Of a stretch of DNA of 64,000 bases, positions 29,648-41,663 are shown in pieces. The stretch covers positions 832,001 through 896,000 of the forward strand of contig CAXXTH010000017.1 in NCBI GenBank assembly GCA_963668025.2, written 5' to 3'. The notes below the pieces were generated by a model. That model searched no databases, was not told where the DNA came from, and was given only the letters and a program-made list of their open reading frames with translations. A program made the translations under genes and the position numbers. This stretch comes from Candidatus Hydrogenedentota bacterium. Its GTDB lineage: Bacteria; Hydrogenedentota; Hydrogenedentia; Hydrogenedentales; SLHB01. Numbering within the stretch: position 1 is the first letter of the stretch; the number at the start of each line of letters is the position of its first letter.

Positions 29648-31186
29648 ATGGCTAACATAGACGAATCGGCTGCGCCAGCCATCCCCTCCCGCTATTGCAT
29701 CCCGCAGGAGGCCATGGCGACAATCGTCATTTTCGGCGCGACGGGCGACCTCGCCGGGCGCAAATTGATTCCCGCCGTATATAACTTATGGAATGCAGGC
29801 TACTTGCCGAAAAAAGCCGTCGTCGTCGGTGTGGCGCGGCGCGCGAAAACAGACAATGAATTCCGGGATGAGATGTGCCTCGCCTTGAAGAAGCATTCAC
29901 GCACCGGCCATGGGTCAAGCGACACGTGCGATCCCTTTGTCGGCAACCTGTTTTATCATCAACTCGATTTTTCGACGGATGGCGGCTTCGATGAACTCGG
30001 CACGCGCCTGGACGCCATCGAGGCGCAGCGGGGCCTCTGTGGACGGCGGCTGTTTTATTTGGCCGTGGGACCTGAGTTTTTCGCGCCTATCACGGAACGC
30101 TTAGGCGCGGCGGGGCTCATAAAGGCTCCCGATAAAGAGCCGTGGACGCGGCTTATCATCGAGAAACCTTTCGGACGCGACCTCGAATCGGCCCGCGCCC
30201 TGAATAGCCGCATTAACGCGGTCTTGGCCGAAGACCAAGTGTTCCGCATTGATCACTATCTCGGCAAGGAAACAGTGCAGAACATCTGGGCGTTTCGCTT
30301 TGGCAACGCCATCTTCGAGCCCCTGTTCAACCAAAAATATGTGGACCATGTCCAGATTACCGTTGCGGAGACGGTGGGAATGGAAGGCCGCCGGGGGCCT
30401 TTCTACGACGAGACCGGTGCATTGCGCGATGTCGTGCAGAATCACGCCCTCCAGCTCCTCTGCCTCGTGGCCATGGAGCCGCCCGCGCGCTTCAACGCCA
30501 AAGATATGCGCGACGAAAAAGCGAAAGTCTTGCGGTCCGTCGTGCTGCCCAAGGAAAATCCGCTGTCCACGTGGGCGGTGCGGGGGCAATATGCGGGCAC
30601 GCGGGAAATCCCGGCGTATGCCTCCGAGGAAGGCGTTTCCGAGAATTCGACAACCGAGACCTATGTGGCCCTGCGGCTCTATGTGGATAATTGGCGCTGG
30701 GCGGGCGTGCCGTTCTATATTCGTACGGGCAAGCAGATGAAGAAACGAGTCACCGAGGTGGCCATTCAATTTAAGCAGCCGCCCATGCGCCCGTTCCGCA
30801 ATATCGAGGGTGATATCCCGGAACCGAACGTCCTCGTGTTCCGCATCCAGCCCGAAGAAGCCATCACGCTGTCTTTTAACGGAAAGCCGCCGGGCATGGA
30901 TTTTCATATCCGTAGCGTGCCCATGGACTTCAAGTATGGCGAGATGTTTCACGAGGATGTGCCCGAGGCTTACGAGCGACTGCTGCTTGACGCCTTACGG
31001 GGCGATTCCACGCTTTTCATGCGCGCCGACGAAATCGAGGGCGCATGGGAGATTTGCACGGAAGTGCTCGATGCCTGGGAAAAAGCCCCTCCGCCCGCTT
31101 TATACCGTCCGGGCTCCTGGGGGCCTATCGAGGCCAATCAGCTTTTTTCGTGCTGCCAGGGCATGTGGCGCGAACCGGAAGCGTAA
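29648..31186 (+). CDS. zwf: Glucose-6-phosphate 1-dehydrogenase
   Basis: GATGDLA, EKPFG, RIDHYLGKE, RDVVQNH, NWRWAGVPFYIRTGK. Confidence 0.97.
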   Translation: MANIDESAAPAIPSRYCIPQEAMATIVIFGATGDLAGRKLIPAVYNLWNAGYLPKKAVVVGVARRAKTDNEFRDEMCLALKKHSRTGHGSSDTCDPFVGNLFYHQLDFSTDGGFDELGTRLDAIEAQRGLCGRRLFYLAVGPEFFAPITERLGAAGLIKAPDKEPWTRLIIEKPFGRDLESARALNSRINAVLAEDQVFRIDHYLGKETVQNIWAFRFGNAIFEPLFNQKYVDHVQITVAETVGMEGRRGPFYDETGALRDVVQNHALQLLCLVAMEPPARFNAKDMRDEKAKVLRSVVLPKENPLSTWAVRGQYAGTREIPAYASEEGVSENSTTETYVALRLYVDNWRWAGVPFYIRTGKQMKKRVTEVAIQFKQPPMRPFRNIEGDIPEPNVLVFRIQPEEAITLSFNGKPPGMDFHIRSVPMDFKYGEMFHEDVPEAYERLLLDALRGDSTLFMRADEIEGAWEICTEVLDAWEKAPPPALYRPGSWGPIEANQLFSCCQGMWREPEA

Positions 31187-31193
31187 CTGCTCC

Positions 31194-32501
31194 CTATCGG
31201 ACCCAGGAAGCCAGCCACAGCACGGTTTCGTATGGCCGCAGCATGAGAATGGCGATGGTGATGGCGTATGCGGGCAGATAATACATGGCGCCCTTGAACA
31301 CGACCTCGATGGGTATATCTTTAGAGCGTCCAGCGATGATAAAGCAGCAAATACCGATGGGCGGGGTAATGGCCCCGAGGGTGGTTATGACGCAAATGAG
31401 GACGCCAAACCAAATCGGGTCGTAGCCTAAAGCCTCGACGACTGGGTAGAAAATGGGCAGGGAGATGAGCAAAAAGGCCAAGGCGTCCATGATGCAGCCG
31501 CCAATGGCGTAGCAAAACAGCATCATGAGTAGAATGGTCCATCCGGGCCAGTTCAGCGTGCTGATCCAGCTCGCTACTTCGTATGGCAGGCGCGTGACGG
31601 TCATGAAGCGCCCGAAAACCACCGCCCCAGCCACGATCATAAAGATCATGCATGAGATACGCAGCGTATCGTACACCGCGGCGTTCAGTTTCGCCCAGGT
31701 GATCTTGCGGCGGATGGCGCATAAGATGAGCCCAAGCGCGCAGCTCAAGGCGGCAGCCTCGGTGGGAGTCACTTTGCCGGTGAACAGCGCCGCCATGATG
31801 ACGGCGAACAAAATAAAAATGTCCATCGAATCGGGAATGGCGCGCAGGCGTTCCATCCAGCTTCGCTTTTCGCCTTTTGGACCCCAATCCGGATGAAGCC
31901 AGCAAATGGCGCTAACGGTCAGGATCATGCATATCGTCAGAATGGCGCTCGGAACGAGCGTTCCGAAAAAGAGCTTGCCGATGGATTGGCCCCGGTCAAG
32001 GCCATAGACCACCAGCACGATGCTCGGAGGAATCATGACCCCGAGGGTCGAGCCTGCCGCGACAGCGCCCGCGCTAAGCAAGGGGTGGTAGTTGTATTTT
32101 TTCATGGAAGGAATCGCGACGGCGCTCATGGTGGCCGCCGTGGCGGTGTTCGAGCCACAGATGGCCGAGAATCCCGCCGACGCCAAGATGGTCGTAATGG
32201 CCTGGCCGCCCTTCCAATGGCCGAACCATTTATATGTCGAGCTATAGAGCCGGTCGCTATATCCCGCATGATAGATGATCTCGCCCAGTAAAATGAACAT
32301 GGGGATTACCGTAAAGCCATAATTCGAGAATACGCCCCATAATTCGCTTTCCGCCATATAGAGCGCCGCAGACATGTTGGTAGCCAGGGCAAAGCCCGCG
32401 AAACCGGTGAGCGCCATGGCGAACGCGGCGGGAAACCGCAACAAAAAAAGCGCCACCAGCATCGCAATGACACCGTATAAACCAAGCATAGGGCCATTCA
32501 T
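31194..32501 (-). CDS. dctM: TRAP transporter large permease
   Basis: IPMFILLG, FSAICGS, GSTLGVMIPPSIVLVVYG, TPTEAA, ITPPIG. ATGA overlap with dctQ. Confidence 0.92.
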   Translation of the reverse strand: MNGPMLGLYGVIAMLVALFLLRFPAAFAMALTGFAGFALATNMSAALYMAESELWGVFSNYGFTVIPMFILLGEIIYHAGYSDRLYSSTYKWFGHWKGGQAITTILASAGFSAICGSNTATAATMSAVAIPSMKKYNYHPLLSAGAVAAGSTLGVMIPPSIVLVVYGLDRGQSIGKLFFGTLVPSAILTICMILTVSAICWLHPDWGPKGEKRSWMERLRAIPDSMDIFILFAVIMAALFTGKVTPTEAAALSCALGLILCAIRRKITWAKLNAAVYDTLRISCMIFMIVAGAVVFGRFMTVTRLPYEVASWISTLNWPGWTILLMMLFCYAIGGCIMDALAFLLISLPIFYPVVEALGYDPIWFGVLICVITTLGAITPPIGICCFIIAGRSKDIPIEVVFKGAMYYLPAYAITIAILMLRPYETVLWLASWVR

Positions 32502-32994
32502 GAAAGAGGTTCCTTTCGGCGGATGCAAAGCGTGGCAAAATCCGCCGCCATGACCAAGGCAAGTATGGCGAATCCCAACGCGACCACGTAGATGACGGGA
32601 TAATAGGGCAGCTTCAAAGTTTCGGTCACTTCGCCGGATTGCCGGAGTGTTTCAGCAAGATGGAAAACGCCATACGCCAGTGCGCCAAAAAAGGCCATGC
32701 TCACCAGGTATTGCAATCCATCTAGTAGGCGGAGCAGCCAGGCGGGAAATCCCCGGGTGAACAAATCCACCATGATGTGGTCTTTGCAGCGCTGGGTTTC
32801 GCCAAGGGCCAAAGCCACCGAGAGCGCTCCCAATAAACCCACCAGCTCATATGTGCCCGAAAAGGGATGGCCCAGCATGCGCGAGACCACATTGCCCGCA
32901 CCCAGAAGCATCAAACCCAGCAGGGACACGCCTCCCAGGACAAGCATCACACGGTGTGCGTCCATTGGCTGAAGCTCTCAAAAAAACGAAACAC
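32498..32994 (-). CDS. dctQ: TRAP transporter small permease; probable 2-nt indel near the 5' end
   Basis: Four TMs with NVVSR...ELV...HIMVD. ORF track starts at 32965, but GTG 32994 after GAGGGG gives MFRFFESFSQWTHRVML if one CA unit is removed at ~32955-32958. Confidence 0.8.
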
Positions 32995-33062
32995 CTTGCT
33001 TTCCCCTCATCATGCGGCGATACATGGCATGCCATATAGTTTCTTATATGCTTATAGACATC

Positions 33063-33115
33063 GCAGGGTAAGGCTTGGCCAGCATCCTTGAATGGTGGGG
33101 CAAGCCCCACCCTAC
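33063..33115. repeat. REP pair (family B)
   Basis: Degenerate GCAGGGTAAGGCTTGGCCAGC, then GGTGGGGCAAGCCCCACCCTAC (33094-33115), identical to 9701-9722. Confidence 0.65.
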
Positions 33116-33153
33116 GAAAGTCTTGTATTGTAAATGGACGGTATTACGCCCGC

Positions 33154-34306
<1,153 letters not shown>

Positions 34307-34382
34307 TCATGTGGATAGTGCATTCATATAGGCTTTGTGGTGCCCGTGTCAAGAAAGCGCCAATGAAAGCGGCCATGAAGGG

Positions 34383-35484
34383 CTATTCCTTGCCCAGCTC
34401 TTGTACAGGAAATTTAAAAGAAAGGGGCGCGCCCTGCCGGTCTACCGTGAGGGTGATCGTATCGCCTACGAAAAGATCCCATATGGCGAAATCGATATCC
34501 TGCGAAGAAGCGGTCTCCTGGCCATTGATGGACGTGATCACATCGCCGGGGCGCAGGCCCGCCTCGTATGCCGGGACGTTGCGCATGATATTGACGATAA
34601 TGCATCCGCTTTGCGCCGTGATGCTTTGCTGGCGCAGTGCGGTTTGCGCAACTTCGCTGATGTTTTGCACGCGGAATCCCGGCCATGGATCGCGCCGGTG
34701 TCCATAGGCAAGAATTTCCTGAGCTACGCGCTTGGCGCGGTTGATGGGAATGGGCGAAACCCAGGCCGTTGCTGCCGCCGTCACGGGAGAAAATCATGGT
34801 GTTTACGCCGATGACCTCGCCCATGGCGTTGACCAATGGCCCGCCGCTGTTTCCGGGATTGATGGCGGCGTCCGTCTGGATCATCCGCTGGTACAGGCGC
34901 TCGCCCTGCCCGATGGTGGGGCTTAATCGGCGCTTATTCGCCGACACCACCCCCACGGTTACGGACGGCTCGGGGTCGGTGATCAGTCCGCCGAAGGGAT
35001 TGCCAATGGCCACGGTCCATTCCCCGATGATGAGGTTATCCGAATCACCCATCTGGGCGAATGGCAAATGCTCTCCCTTCGCTTTCAGGACAGCCAAATC
35101 CGTCCGTTTATCTCCTCCGACAAATTCGGTCTCGATTTGGCGGCCGTCGGGAAGCGTGACCGAGTGGATGTAATCCGCATCGGCTACGACATGGTAGTTC
35201 GTGAGGATATGGCCTTCTTTATCGAAAAAGAAGCCGCTGCCGGACGTCTCGATTTCCCGTTTCCGGGGCGAGGGCATATAGAAGAAATCCCAGAATCCGG
35301 GTTCGAGCGGGCTGGTCCGGGGCGACACGGCTACATTAATGCTCACCACGGCGGGCGCTGCGCGCTCGATAGCCTGGGTAATAGCATTATGGCGGGATTG
35401 ATCCACCGGCGTTTGCGCAATGGCGCTGGACGTGATCATAACGCCCAGCGCCATCGTTCCGAATATGACTTGTAAGCGCTTCAT
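34383..35484 (-). CDS. HtrA/DegP-like serine protease with one PDZ domain, frameshifted near 34753
   Basis: SGSGF, LTNYHVV, DLAVL, QTDAAINPGNSGGPL. Removing one C gives GLGFAIPINRAK, continuing into the PDZ ORF (PAYEAGLRPGDVITSING). Confidence 0.88.
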
Positions 35485-35512
35485 GATGCGCTAAACCTTT
35501 CCTCGAAGCTTC

Positions 35513-37609
35513 CTATTCCGCCGCAGGGGTTTCCGCCGGAGGCGCAGGCTTCACTTCCACGCTGGGAGTGGGTGCCGGAGCCGGTTTTATTTCCGGGGTA
35601 ATCGAAACCGCTTGCGCAGGAGGTTCAACCGTGATGGCTGGCGCTGCCGCCGGAGCCGCTGTTGCAGGCTCCGCCGGGGCTATCGCACCTGCCGGGGCTG
35701 GTTCCGCGGTTTCGGGTTTCGCGGGTTCCGCTGGCGGCGGGGTGAGCGCTTCCGCATTTGGCAGCAGTTCCGTGGCGTCCACTGAGGATAGCGCGAACAC
35801 CGGAAGCTTCGTTCCGAGCATAACCGGAACTTTGTTGTCTTTCTCCACGCCGAAGTTTACTACGTTTTCGTCTCCCTTCGCCGTGCGAATGCGCAAGACC
35901 GATGCCGGTTCGCCGCCAAGAGACGTTTCCGTGAACAGGATATCTTCCGCTTGGGCGTCCGTGATGGCGGCCACGAGATGTTCCACCGCTTCCGAATTGG
36001 CGGGCTGCTCGTTGCCATCCGCATTGAGTTTCCAGCCGTCCGGCCCGCTCGTTAGTTCATACTTCGCTCCACCGCGTTCGACGGTGATGCTGGCAAGGTC
36101 TTCTTCCGCCACATCTAAAAGCTGGCGGCTGAACAGATCCTTGAGTGCGGGGAAAAGCCGGGTGATATCGGAACGGCGCACGAGCAACACCGCTGGATTG
36201 GAATCCAGCCGCGCATAAACGCCATCCAGGAACGCCGAGTCCTTGCCCAGCGTGAGGGTATGCGCCGAGCCGTCCGCCAGCGTCACCGTGATGGTCCGCG
36301 TGGGCGCATCCAGGCCCGTGTCCACGCCTTCGGCGCTCGTTAGGTATTCGGCTGCTTTCCACGTGCTCATGGCGCGCACAATGCCATCGGCGGCGGTGGT
36401 TTGCAGTTCCAGCGCGACGGCGGGCTCGAGCGCTTTCCAGCCGCTTTCTTCCTTGGCCAGGCGCACATTGCCTTCCGGCTGGGTGATGGCCACCTGGGCG
36501 GCTTGGTCGGTTTGGAACGTAAGCCCTGGCAGTTCAAAGCTGTTCATCGAGGTTTCCATGCCGAACAGCATTTCGAAGACATTCTTGGCCACTTCGTAAA
36601 TCCGCTCCGGTTCACGTCCCGGGACGAGGATGTAGCCATTGTCGCTGGGCTTTTGGCGCGCGCCTTGAATGACGATGGGCGCTTCCTGGCCTTCCACGGC
36701 GATGGTGCAAGTATACGCCGGCGCATCCAGGCCCAATTCCGCCTTTTTCGCGGGGTCCGCGAAATCCGTGGCGTTCAATTTTGACAGGGAACGCACACAG
36801 TTCATGAATCCCGCTTGTTTCAGCTCGACGCCATCCGCGCCCTCAGCCACTTTCCATTCATATTGCTTTTCTTTCGGCTCGGGAGTGGCAGGGGTTTCGC
36901 CTTCCGCGCTTGCCGGTTCAGCGGGCTTCTCCTCGGGTTTCTCTTCCCGCTGCAACACGAGATGCTTATACGGATTCTTCATGTCGAACCGGGTCAGTTT
37001 TGCCTGGTCCAACTCCAGGACGCCCTTATCCAGCCATGTGGCAGGAGTGGGAGCGGCTTCATTTTCACCGCCGCGAAGCCCCGCCATGGCGCGCACGTCA
37101 TGGGCAATCAGATATACGTTTTTCGATTCTCCAAACCGGGCGAAGGACTGGCGGTTGGCCAGGCTCTTGCCAACCAGGAGTTCGCAGGCCGGTTTCGCGG
37201 GATCATTGGTATATGCCGCTACATGGAAGGCCGTATCATTGGCCAGTTCATAATCTTTTAGCCCCTCATCCGCTACTTCCTGTTCGCGCGGTTCGCCCTT
37301 GATGTCCGCCAGCGCATCCAGGAGTTCCGTGATCTTCTTTTCCGCCACCGGGGCATTAAAATGGTTAGCCGCCTGCCATTTATCGGGCGCATCCGCTGTC
37401 CGTTCGAGGACTACTTTTTCATCCGGTTTGCCGCCGGCATACAGTTCGATCTTCGTGATATCGGTTTTTGCTACGCCTTCCGGCATCAACGCGGTTAGCT
37501 TCACCGCATCTTCAATGGACGCCGGTTTATCTTTGGCCTGCTTGAGCACCACCAGCGCGGCCAGCACCACCAGAATCCCTACGAGAAGGATGATCTGTTT
37601 CGGTTTCAT
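35513..37609 (-). CDS. DUF4340-repeat membrane-anchored protein (Gld-like ABC partner)
   Basis: N-terminal TM, repeated 'W...GLDAP...L.LG' units, Pro/Ala-rich tail. Follows a GldF/G-like permease. Confidence 0.75.
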   Translation of the reverse strand: MKPKQIILLVGILVVLAALVVLKQAKDKPASIEDAVKLTALMPEGVAKTDITKIELYAGGKPDEKVVLERTADAPDKWQAANHFNAPVAEKKITELLDALADIKGEPREQEVADEGLKDYELANDTAFHVAAYTNDPAKPACELLVGKSLANRQSFARFGESKNVYLIAHDVRAMAGLRGGENEAAPTPATWLDKGVLELDQAKLTRFDMKNPYKHLVLQREEKPEEKPAEPASAEGETPATPEPKEKQYEWKVAEGADGVELKQAGFMNCVRSLSKLNATDFADPAKKAELGLDAPAYTCTIAVEGQEAPIVIQGARQKPSDNGYILVPGREPERIYEVAKNVFEMLFGMETSMNSFELPGLTFQTDQAAQVAITQPEGNVRLAKEESGWKALEPAVALELQTTAADGIVRAMSTWKAAEYLTSAEGVDTGLDAPTRTITVTLADGSAHTLTLGKDSAFLDGVYARLDSNPAVLLVRRSDITRLFPALKDLFSRQLLDVAEEDLASITVERGGAKYELTSGPDGWKLNADGNEQPANSEAVEHLVAAITDAQAEDILFTETSLGGEPASVLRIRTAKGDENVVNFGVEKDNKVPVMLGTKLPVFALSSVDATELLPNAEALTPPPAEPAKPETAEPAPAGAIAPAEPATAAPAAAPAITVEPPAQAVSITPEIKPAPAPTPSVEVKPAPPAETPAAE

Positions 37610-37658
37610 TGTGTGTATTCCTCCGTGTCTTTTTATTGGGCTTCTCTGAGCCTGGCCG

Positions 37659-40199
37659 TTATTGTTTGTTGTTGAACGACATGGTGTACGCCGTGCGCGA
37701 CTGTTTCCGGACAAGGGCCACCACGATGCCAATGCCGACAATAATCAGATTGACCGCCGCATAGTTGATGGTTTTCCAAAATACCCTTGCGCCCTTGTCG
37801 GGACGCTCAATCGAGCGGTTCACCAGTTTCTGGCCGCGCACATTAATCAAGTCAGGGCCTAATGTCATGACATCCACGCTGTTCAAGACCATGTCGCGGT
37901 TGTTGCCGTACTCCACGAAGTTATCATTGAATAACTGGGCGCAACCCAGGACGATCAGCTTGCCCGGCGCGGGGGTGATAGGCGCGGCGGCAGGCTCGTT
38001 GGCGTCAGGCGGCTCTGGCGGCATGCCAGGGCGCGGCTGCGAAGGCGCCCATGCCGGACGCGGCTTGTCTTTGTACAAGTCCGGGAATTGGCCTTCCACC
38101 ATCACCATGAGCGGATACTGCTCGCCCTTCTCGGGCGGCTTGCGCATGAGCGCTTCATTGATGGCTTGATTCAACTGATCGGGCTGTGCGCCTTCAAACG
38201 GCACGGACCACGCCCGATTTGTCGTATGCATCAACACACGGTTTTCGAGCTGGAGCGACGCCAGTTTGTCGGTATCGACCGTGACCGCCGTTCCCCAGAA
38301 ATACAGCACTTCCGAGAGCCAATTGGTGACCGCCGTATCCGGATTCATATTGGCGGAAGTTTGGTACATCTGAATGGGAAGCGTGATAGGCTGGCCCATG
38401 CCCAGCAAATCGGCCAAGGAGCCGCCCTCGCTACGCACATTCACTGCTTGGTTGTTCACATCCATGAGGATATCCGGTGAGACGCTCAAGCCGTATTCCT
38501 TCAGCAATTCATTCACGCCCGGCTCGACATCCGTGCGGCTGACCGACGTGCCGTTGCGCGTGACGCGGTAATCCCACTCATAATTCTGGACGGCAAGAAA
38601 CACGGGCTTGCCCGACGCCAGCGCGCGGCTGATTTCGTAACGCTGCCGTTCCTGGAGTCTGCGCGGATATAAAATCACCAACGCATCGTATTCATCCGGC
38701 AATGGGCTGTCTTTTGTAAGCGACACCCGGCGCACGTCGTACTTCTCCACTTGGAGCCACTTCATGAGGCGCTGATAGGGGTCTACCGATTGTGGAATGG
38801 GCTGCCCCATCTGGGCGTAGATCTGCTTCATCTCCTCGGGAACGGTATCTTCCGGGGCCACCAAGGCGATAATAGGCTGCTTTTCCCGCGTCAGCTTATA
38901 GATGGTATTGACAAGCTGGTATTCGAGTTCATTCAGGTTTTGCGGCACGATTTGGGGGATGATTTCCTCCGGCTTGTCGCGGTATCCCACCAGGATGCTC
39001 GAATAGACCAATTTTTGGGTGATTTGGTCTTCATCCATGGCTTGGACGCTGAAAGGCGCTACGCCTTTATCGAGCATGCGTTCTTCGAGGGCCTTGCTAT
39101 CGTCTTTTTTCTCTTCCTTTTTCTCTTCACCCATCACTTCGGGCTTGGCGATGACATTCGCGGCGCGCAGATTCAATACGGAATACTCGAGTTTGCCGCC
39201 CGACGCCACCTTCAGCTCTTCGAGCTTGTCTTGCACATCCTGTTCGAGGGTGGCCAAACTCGCGGGCATCTCATCTTTCGGCGTGATGTAGTACTTGATC
39301 TGCACGGGGGCCTTCAGGGATTGCAGGATGTTTTTGGTGGCTTGCGAAACCGTGTAGATCTTGTTCTCCGTGAGATCGAGACGGCCTACGCTCTGGCCCG
39401 TGATGAGCCAGTTGAAGGCCAGGCCAATCGCCACACAGAGCGTAAGCGTGACCGCGAACGAGAAACGCGCCTTCGGGCGGCTGCGCCCTTCAATGTAAAG
39501 CATATTCAAGGCCAGGAAAACCATGGTCCAGGCCAAGAAATACAAGACATCTCCGGCTTCAATGACGCCCCGGGTGAAGGACGAGTAATGCTCGATGAAG
39601 CCGACCGTCTGGCTGAGCCATGCGCCGAGGCCGGGGAAGAATTCATCGATCTGCATAGCCACGAAATCCGTGCCCGCCAAGAACAGGCCGAAACATACGA
39701 GCAGCGTCACCACAAAGGCCACGATCTGATCTTTGCAGAAGCCGGAAAAGAAGATGCCTATGCTCAGGAAAAACGCCCCGAGGAGCAGTGCGCCGAGGTA
39801 ACCGCCGCACGTAGCGCCCAAATCCGGTTTGCCCAGGCTGATCAGCATGAGCGGCACCGTCACCGTGGACAGCAGCGTCAGCGCATAGAAAACTAATGTC
39901 GTAAAGAATTTGCCCAGCACAAGCTCACGGGCGCGCATGGGGAACGTCAGCAGCATTTCCCATGTGTTTTCCTTGCGCTCTTCCGCCCATACCCGCATGG
40001 TCACCGCAGGGATGAAAATGCATAACAAGATGGGCAGATTACTAAAAAAGTTGCGCATATCCGCCATGGGATACGCGAAGAAAGTGGTCATATACAAGCC
40101 CACGCTAATCAACAAGAACACGATCATGAAGATGTAGCCGATGGGCGACGTGAAATACGCGGTGAAATCGCGGCGGAAGATGGTCAGCATATTTCGCAT
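37659..40199 (-). CDS. ABC-2 permease fused to GldG-like domain (GldF-GldG-like)
   Basis: YFTSPIGY, PAVTMRVWAEERKENTWEMLLT, LGKF, then RLDLTENKIYTVS...LEYQL. Confidence 0.85.
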   Translation of the reverse strand: MRNMLTIFRRDFTAYFTSPIGYIFMIVFLLISVGLYMTTFFAYPMADMRNFFSNLPILLCIFIPAVTMRVWAEERKENTWEMLLTFPMRARELVLGKFFTTLVFYALTLLSTVTVPLMLISLGKPDLGATCGGYLGALLLGAFFLSIGIFFSGFCKDQIVAFVVTLLVCFGLFLAGTDFVAMQIDEFFPGLGAWLSQTVGFIEHYSSFTRGVIEAGDVLYFLAWTMVFLALNMLYIEGRSRPKARFSFAVTLTLCVAIGLAFNWLITGQSVGRLDLTENKIYTVSQATKNILQSLKAPVQIKYYITPKDEMPASLATLEQDVQDKLEELKVASGGKLEYSVLNLRAANVIAKPEVMGEEKKEEKKDDSKALEERMLDKGVAPFSVQAMDEDQITQKLVYSSILVGYRDKPEEIIPQIVPQNLNELEYQLVNTIYKLTREKQPIIALVAPEDTVPEEMKQIYAQMGQPIPQSVDPYQRLMKWLQVEKYDVRRVSLTKDSPLPDEYDALVILYPRRLQERQRYEISRALASGKPVFLAVQNYEWDYRVTRNGTSVSRTDVEPGVNELLKEYGLSVSPDILMDVNNQAVNVRSEGGSLADLLGMGQPITLPIQMYQTSANMNPDTAVTNWLSEVLYFWGTAVTVDTDKLASLQLENRVLMHTTNRAWSVPFEGAQPDQLNQAINEALMRKPPEKGEQYPLMVMVEGQFPDLYKDKPRPAWAPSQPRPGMPPEPPDANEPAAAPITPAPGKLIVLGCAQLFNDNFVEYGNNRDMVLNSVDVMTLGPDLINVRGQKLVNRSIERPDKGARVFWKTINYAAVNLIIVGIGIVVALVRKQSRTAYTMSFNNKQ

Positions 40200-40228
40200 G
40201 GGGTGATACCTCCAATCATGGGCCCGGC

Positions 40229-41176
40229 TTATTCGCCGACGGCTTTGGCTCGTTCTGTTAGGGCTAAGAAAGTTTCCTCGAGGGTGAGAGGCCGGTCAGT
40301 AAGTTCACGAATGTCCCAATTTTTGGTTTTGGCCAGCCGGCCTACTTCACGCCACATCTCGCTTCCGGGTTTGCCTGACAAAACGAAGCCCGAGAATCCG
40401 TTGTGTTCGCCGTCATATTCCACATGGTCCACGCCGTCGCATCCGGCCAGGAGCCGCTGAAGCTCTTCCCTGCTGCCCGCCAGTGACACTTTGATACGGT
40501 CCTGCTGTTTGATTTGCGCACGCAGTTCATCCACGGTGCCGTCGCCGACGATGCGGCCCCGGTTAATGATGACGATGCGGTCGGCGGTGGCCTCGACTTC
40601 CTGCAAGATATGGGTCGAGAGCATCACCGTGCGCCCTTCCGCGAGTTTGCGGATCAATTGGCGGATCTCGATGATCTGATGCGGGTCAAGCCCTGAAGTA
40701 GGCTCATCGAGAATGATGATGTCGGGATTATGGATCAAGGCCTGGGCGAGAGCAGTCCGCTGGCGGTATCCCTTGGACAACTCGCGGATCACCTTGCGGA
40801 ACATGGGACGCAAACCGCATTCCTCGACCACCAAGTCCATCCGCTCACGCAAGTTAGCCCCCTCGAGCCCGCGCGCCTTGGCGACGAACTCGAGATAGCC
40901 CCGCACTTCCATATCCATATACAATGGAAGCACTTCCGGCAAATATCCGATGCGTTTGCGCACTTCGAGAGGCTTAGCGAGGATGTCCATGCCCCCCACC
41001 TTGGCCGTGCCGGAAGTCGGGTGAAGATACGTCGTAAGGATTTTCATGGTGGTGGACTTGCCCGCCCCATTAGGCCCCAGCAAGCCTACGATCTTGCCTT
41101 CATGCACTTCGAACGATACATTGTCCAGGGCGACGACCGGACCGTAATGCATCGTCAGCTTTTCCGCTTTGATCAT
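40229..41176 (-). CDS. ABC transporter ATP-binding protein (GldA-like)
   Basis: GPNGAGKST, LSKGYRQR, ILDEPTSGLDP, STHIL. Confidence 0.93.
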   Translation of the reverse strand: MIKAEKLTMHYGPVVALDNVSFEVHEGKIVGLLGPNGAGKSTTMKILTTYLHPTSGTAKVGGMDILAKPLEVRKRIGYLPEVLPLYMDMEVRGYLEFVAKARGLEGANLRERMDLVVEECGLRPMFRKVIRELSKGYRQRTALAQALIHNPDIIILDEPTSGLDPHQIIEIRQLIRKLAEGRTVMLSTHILQEVEATADRIVIINRGRIVGDGTVDELRAQIKQQDRIKVSLAGSREELQRLLAGCDGVDHVEYDGEHNGFSGFVLSGKPGSEMWREVGRLAKTKNWDIRELTDRPLTLEETFLALTERAKAVGE

Positions 41177-41462
41177 GGTTTTATCTCCTGCATTCTTTAC
41201 GCCCTAGCAATACCGCGCGCATGTAAGCCGCACGCGCCTGACGAGCGGACAATAAAGCCGCCTAAACACACACACCTATCCCCCTCTGCGAAGAGCATAC
41301 TCCATGCCGCATGTAAACGCTTGCGGCATGGGGAAAATAAGATAAACGCAACATATTATAAGATCAAGATTTACTAGAGTCACGCGCCATAAGGCCCCTC
41401 AATGCGCCATGGCCCATTTGAGGTTCCATACCCGATATGAAGCAGGCGCGTACGCAAAGAGA

Positions 41463-41624
41463 TTACCCGGCTTTTGTGTCATACGCATTAATCACAGTGA
41501 TCACGGCATCAAACGAAAAGACCCACCAGCTCCAGAAAGACTCCCATGTAATTTTATCGGTTGTATCGTCCGTAGTTTGCGCCCGCATCGGCATCGCCTT
41601 CGAAACAAACCGTACATGTTTCAT
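41463..41624 (-). CDS. Small 53-aa Trp-rich peptide, hypothetical
   Basis: MKHVRFVSKAMPMRAQTTDDTTDKITWESFWSWWVFSFDAVITVINAYDTKAG. AAGGAAGG RBS upstream; co-oriented 39 nt after the atpI-like gene. Confidence 0.55.
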   Translation of the reverse strand: MKHVRFVSKAMPMRAQTTDDTTDKITWESFWSWWVFSFDAVITVINAYDTKAG

Positions 41625-41663
41625 ACATCGAATCCCTTCCTTGTTCCACGCCTGCGCCATCGA

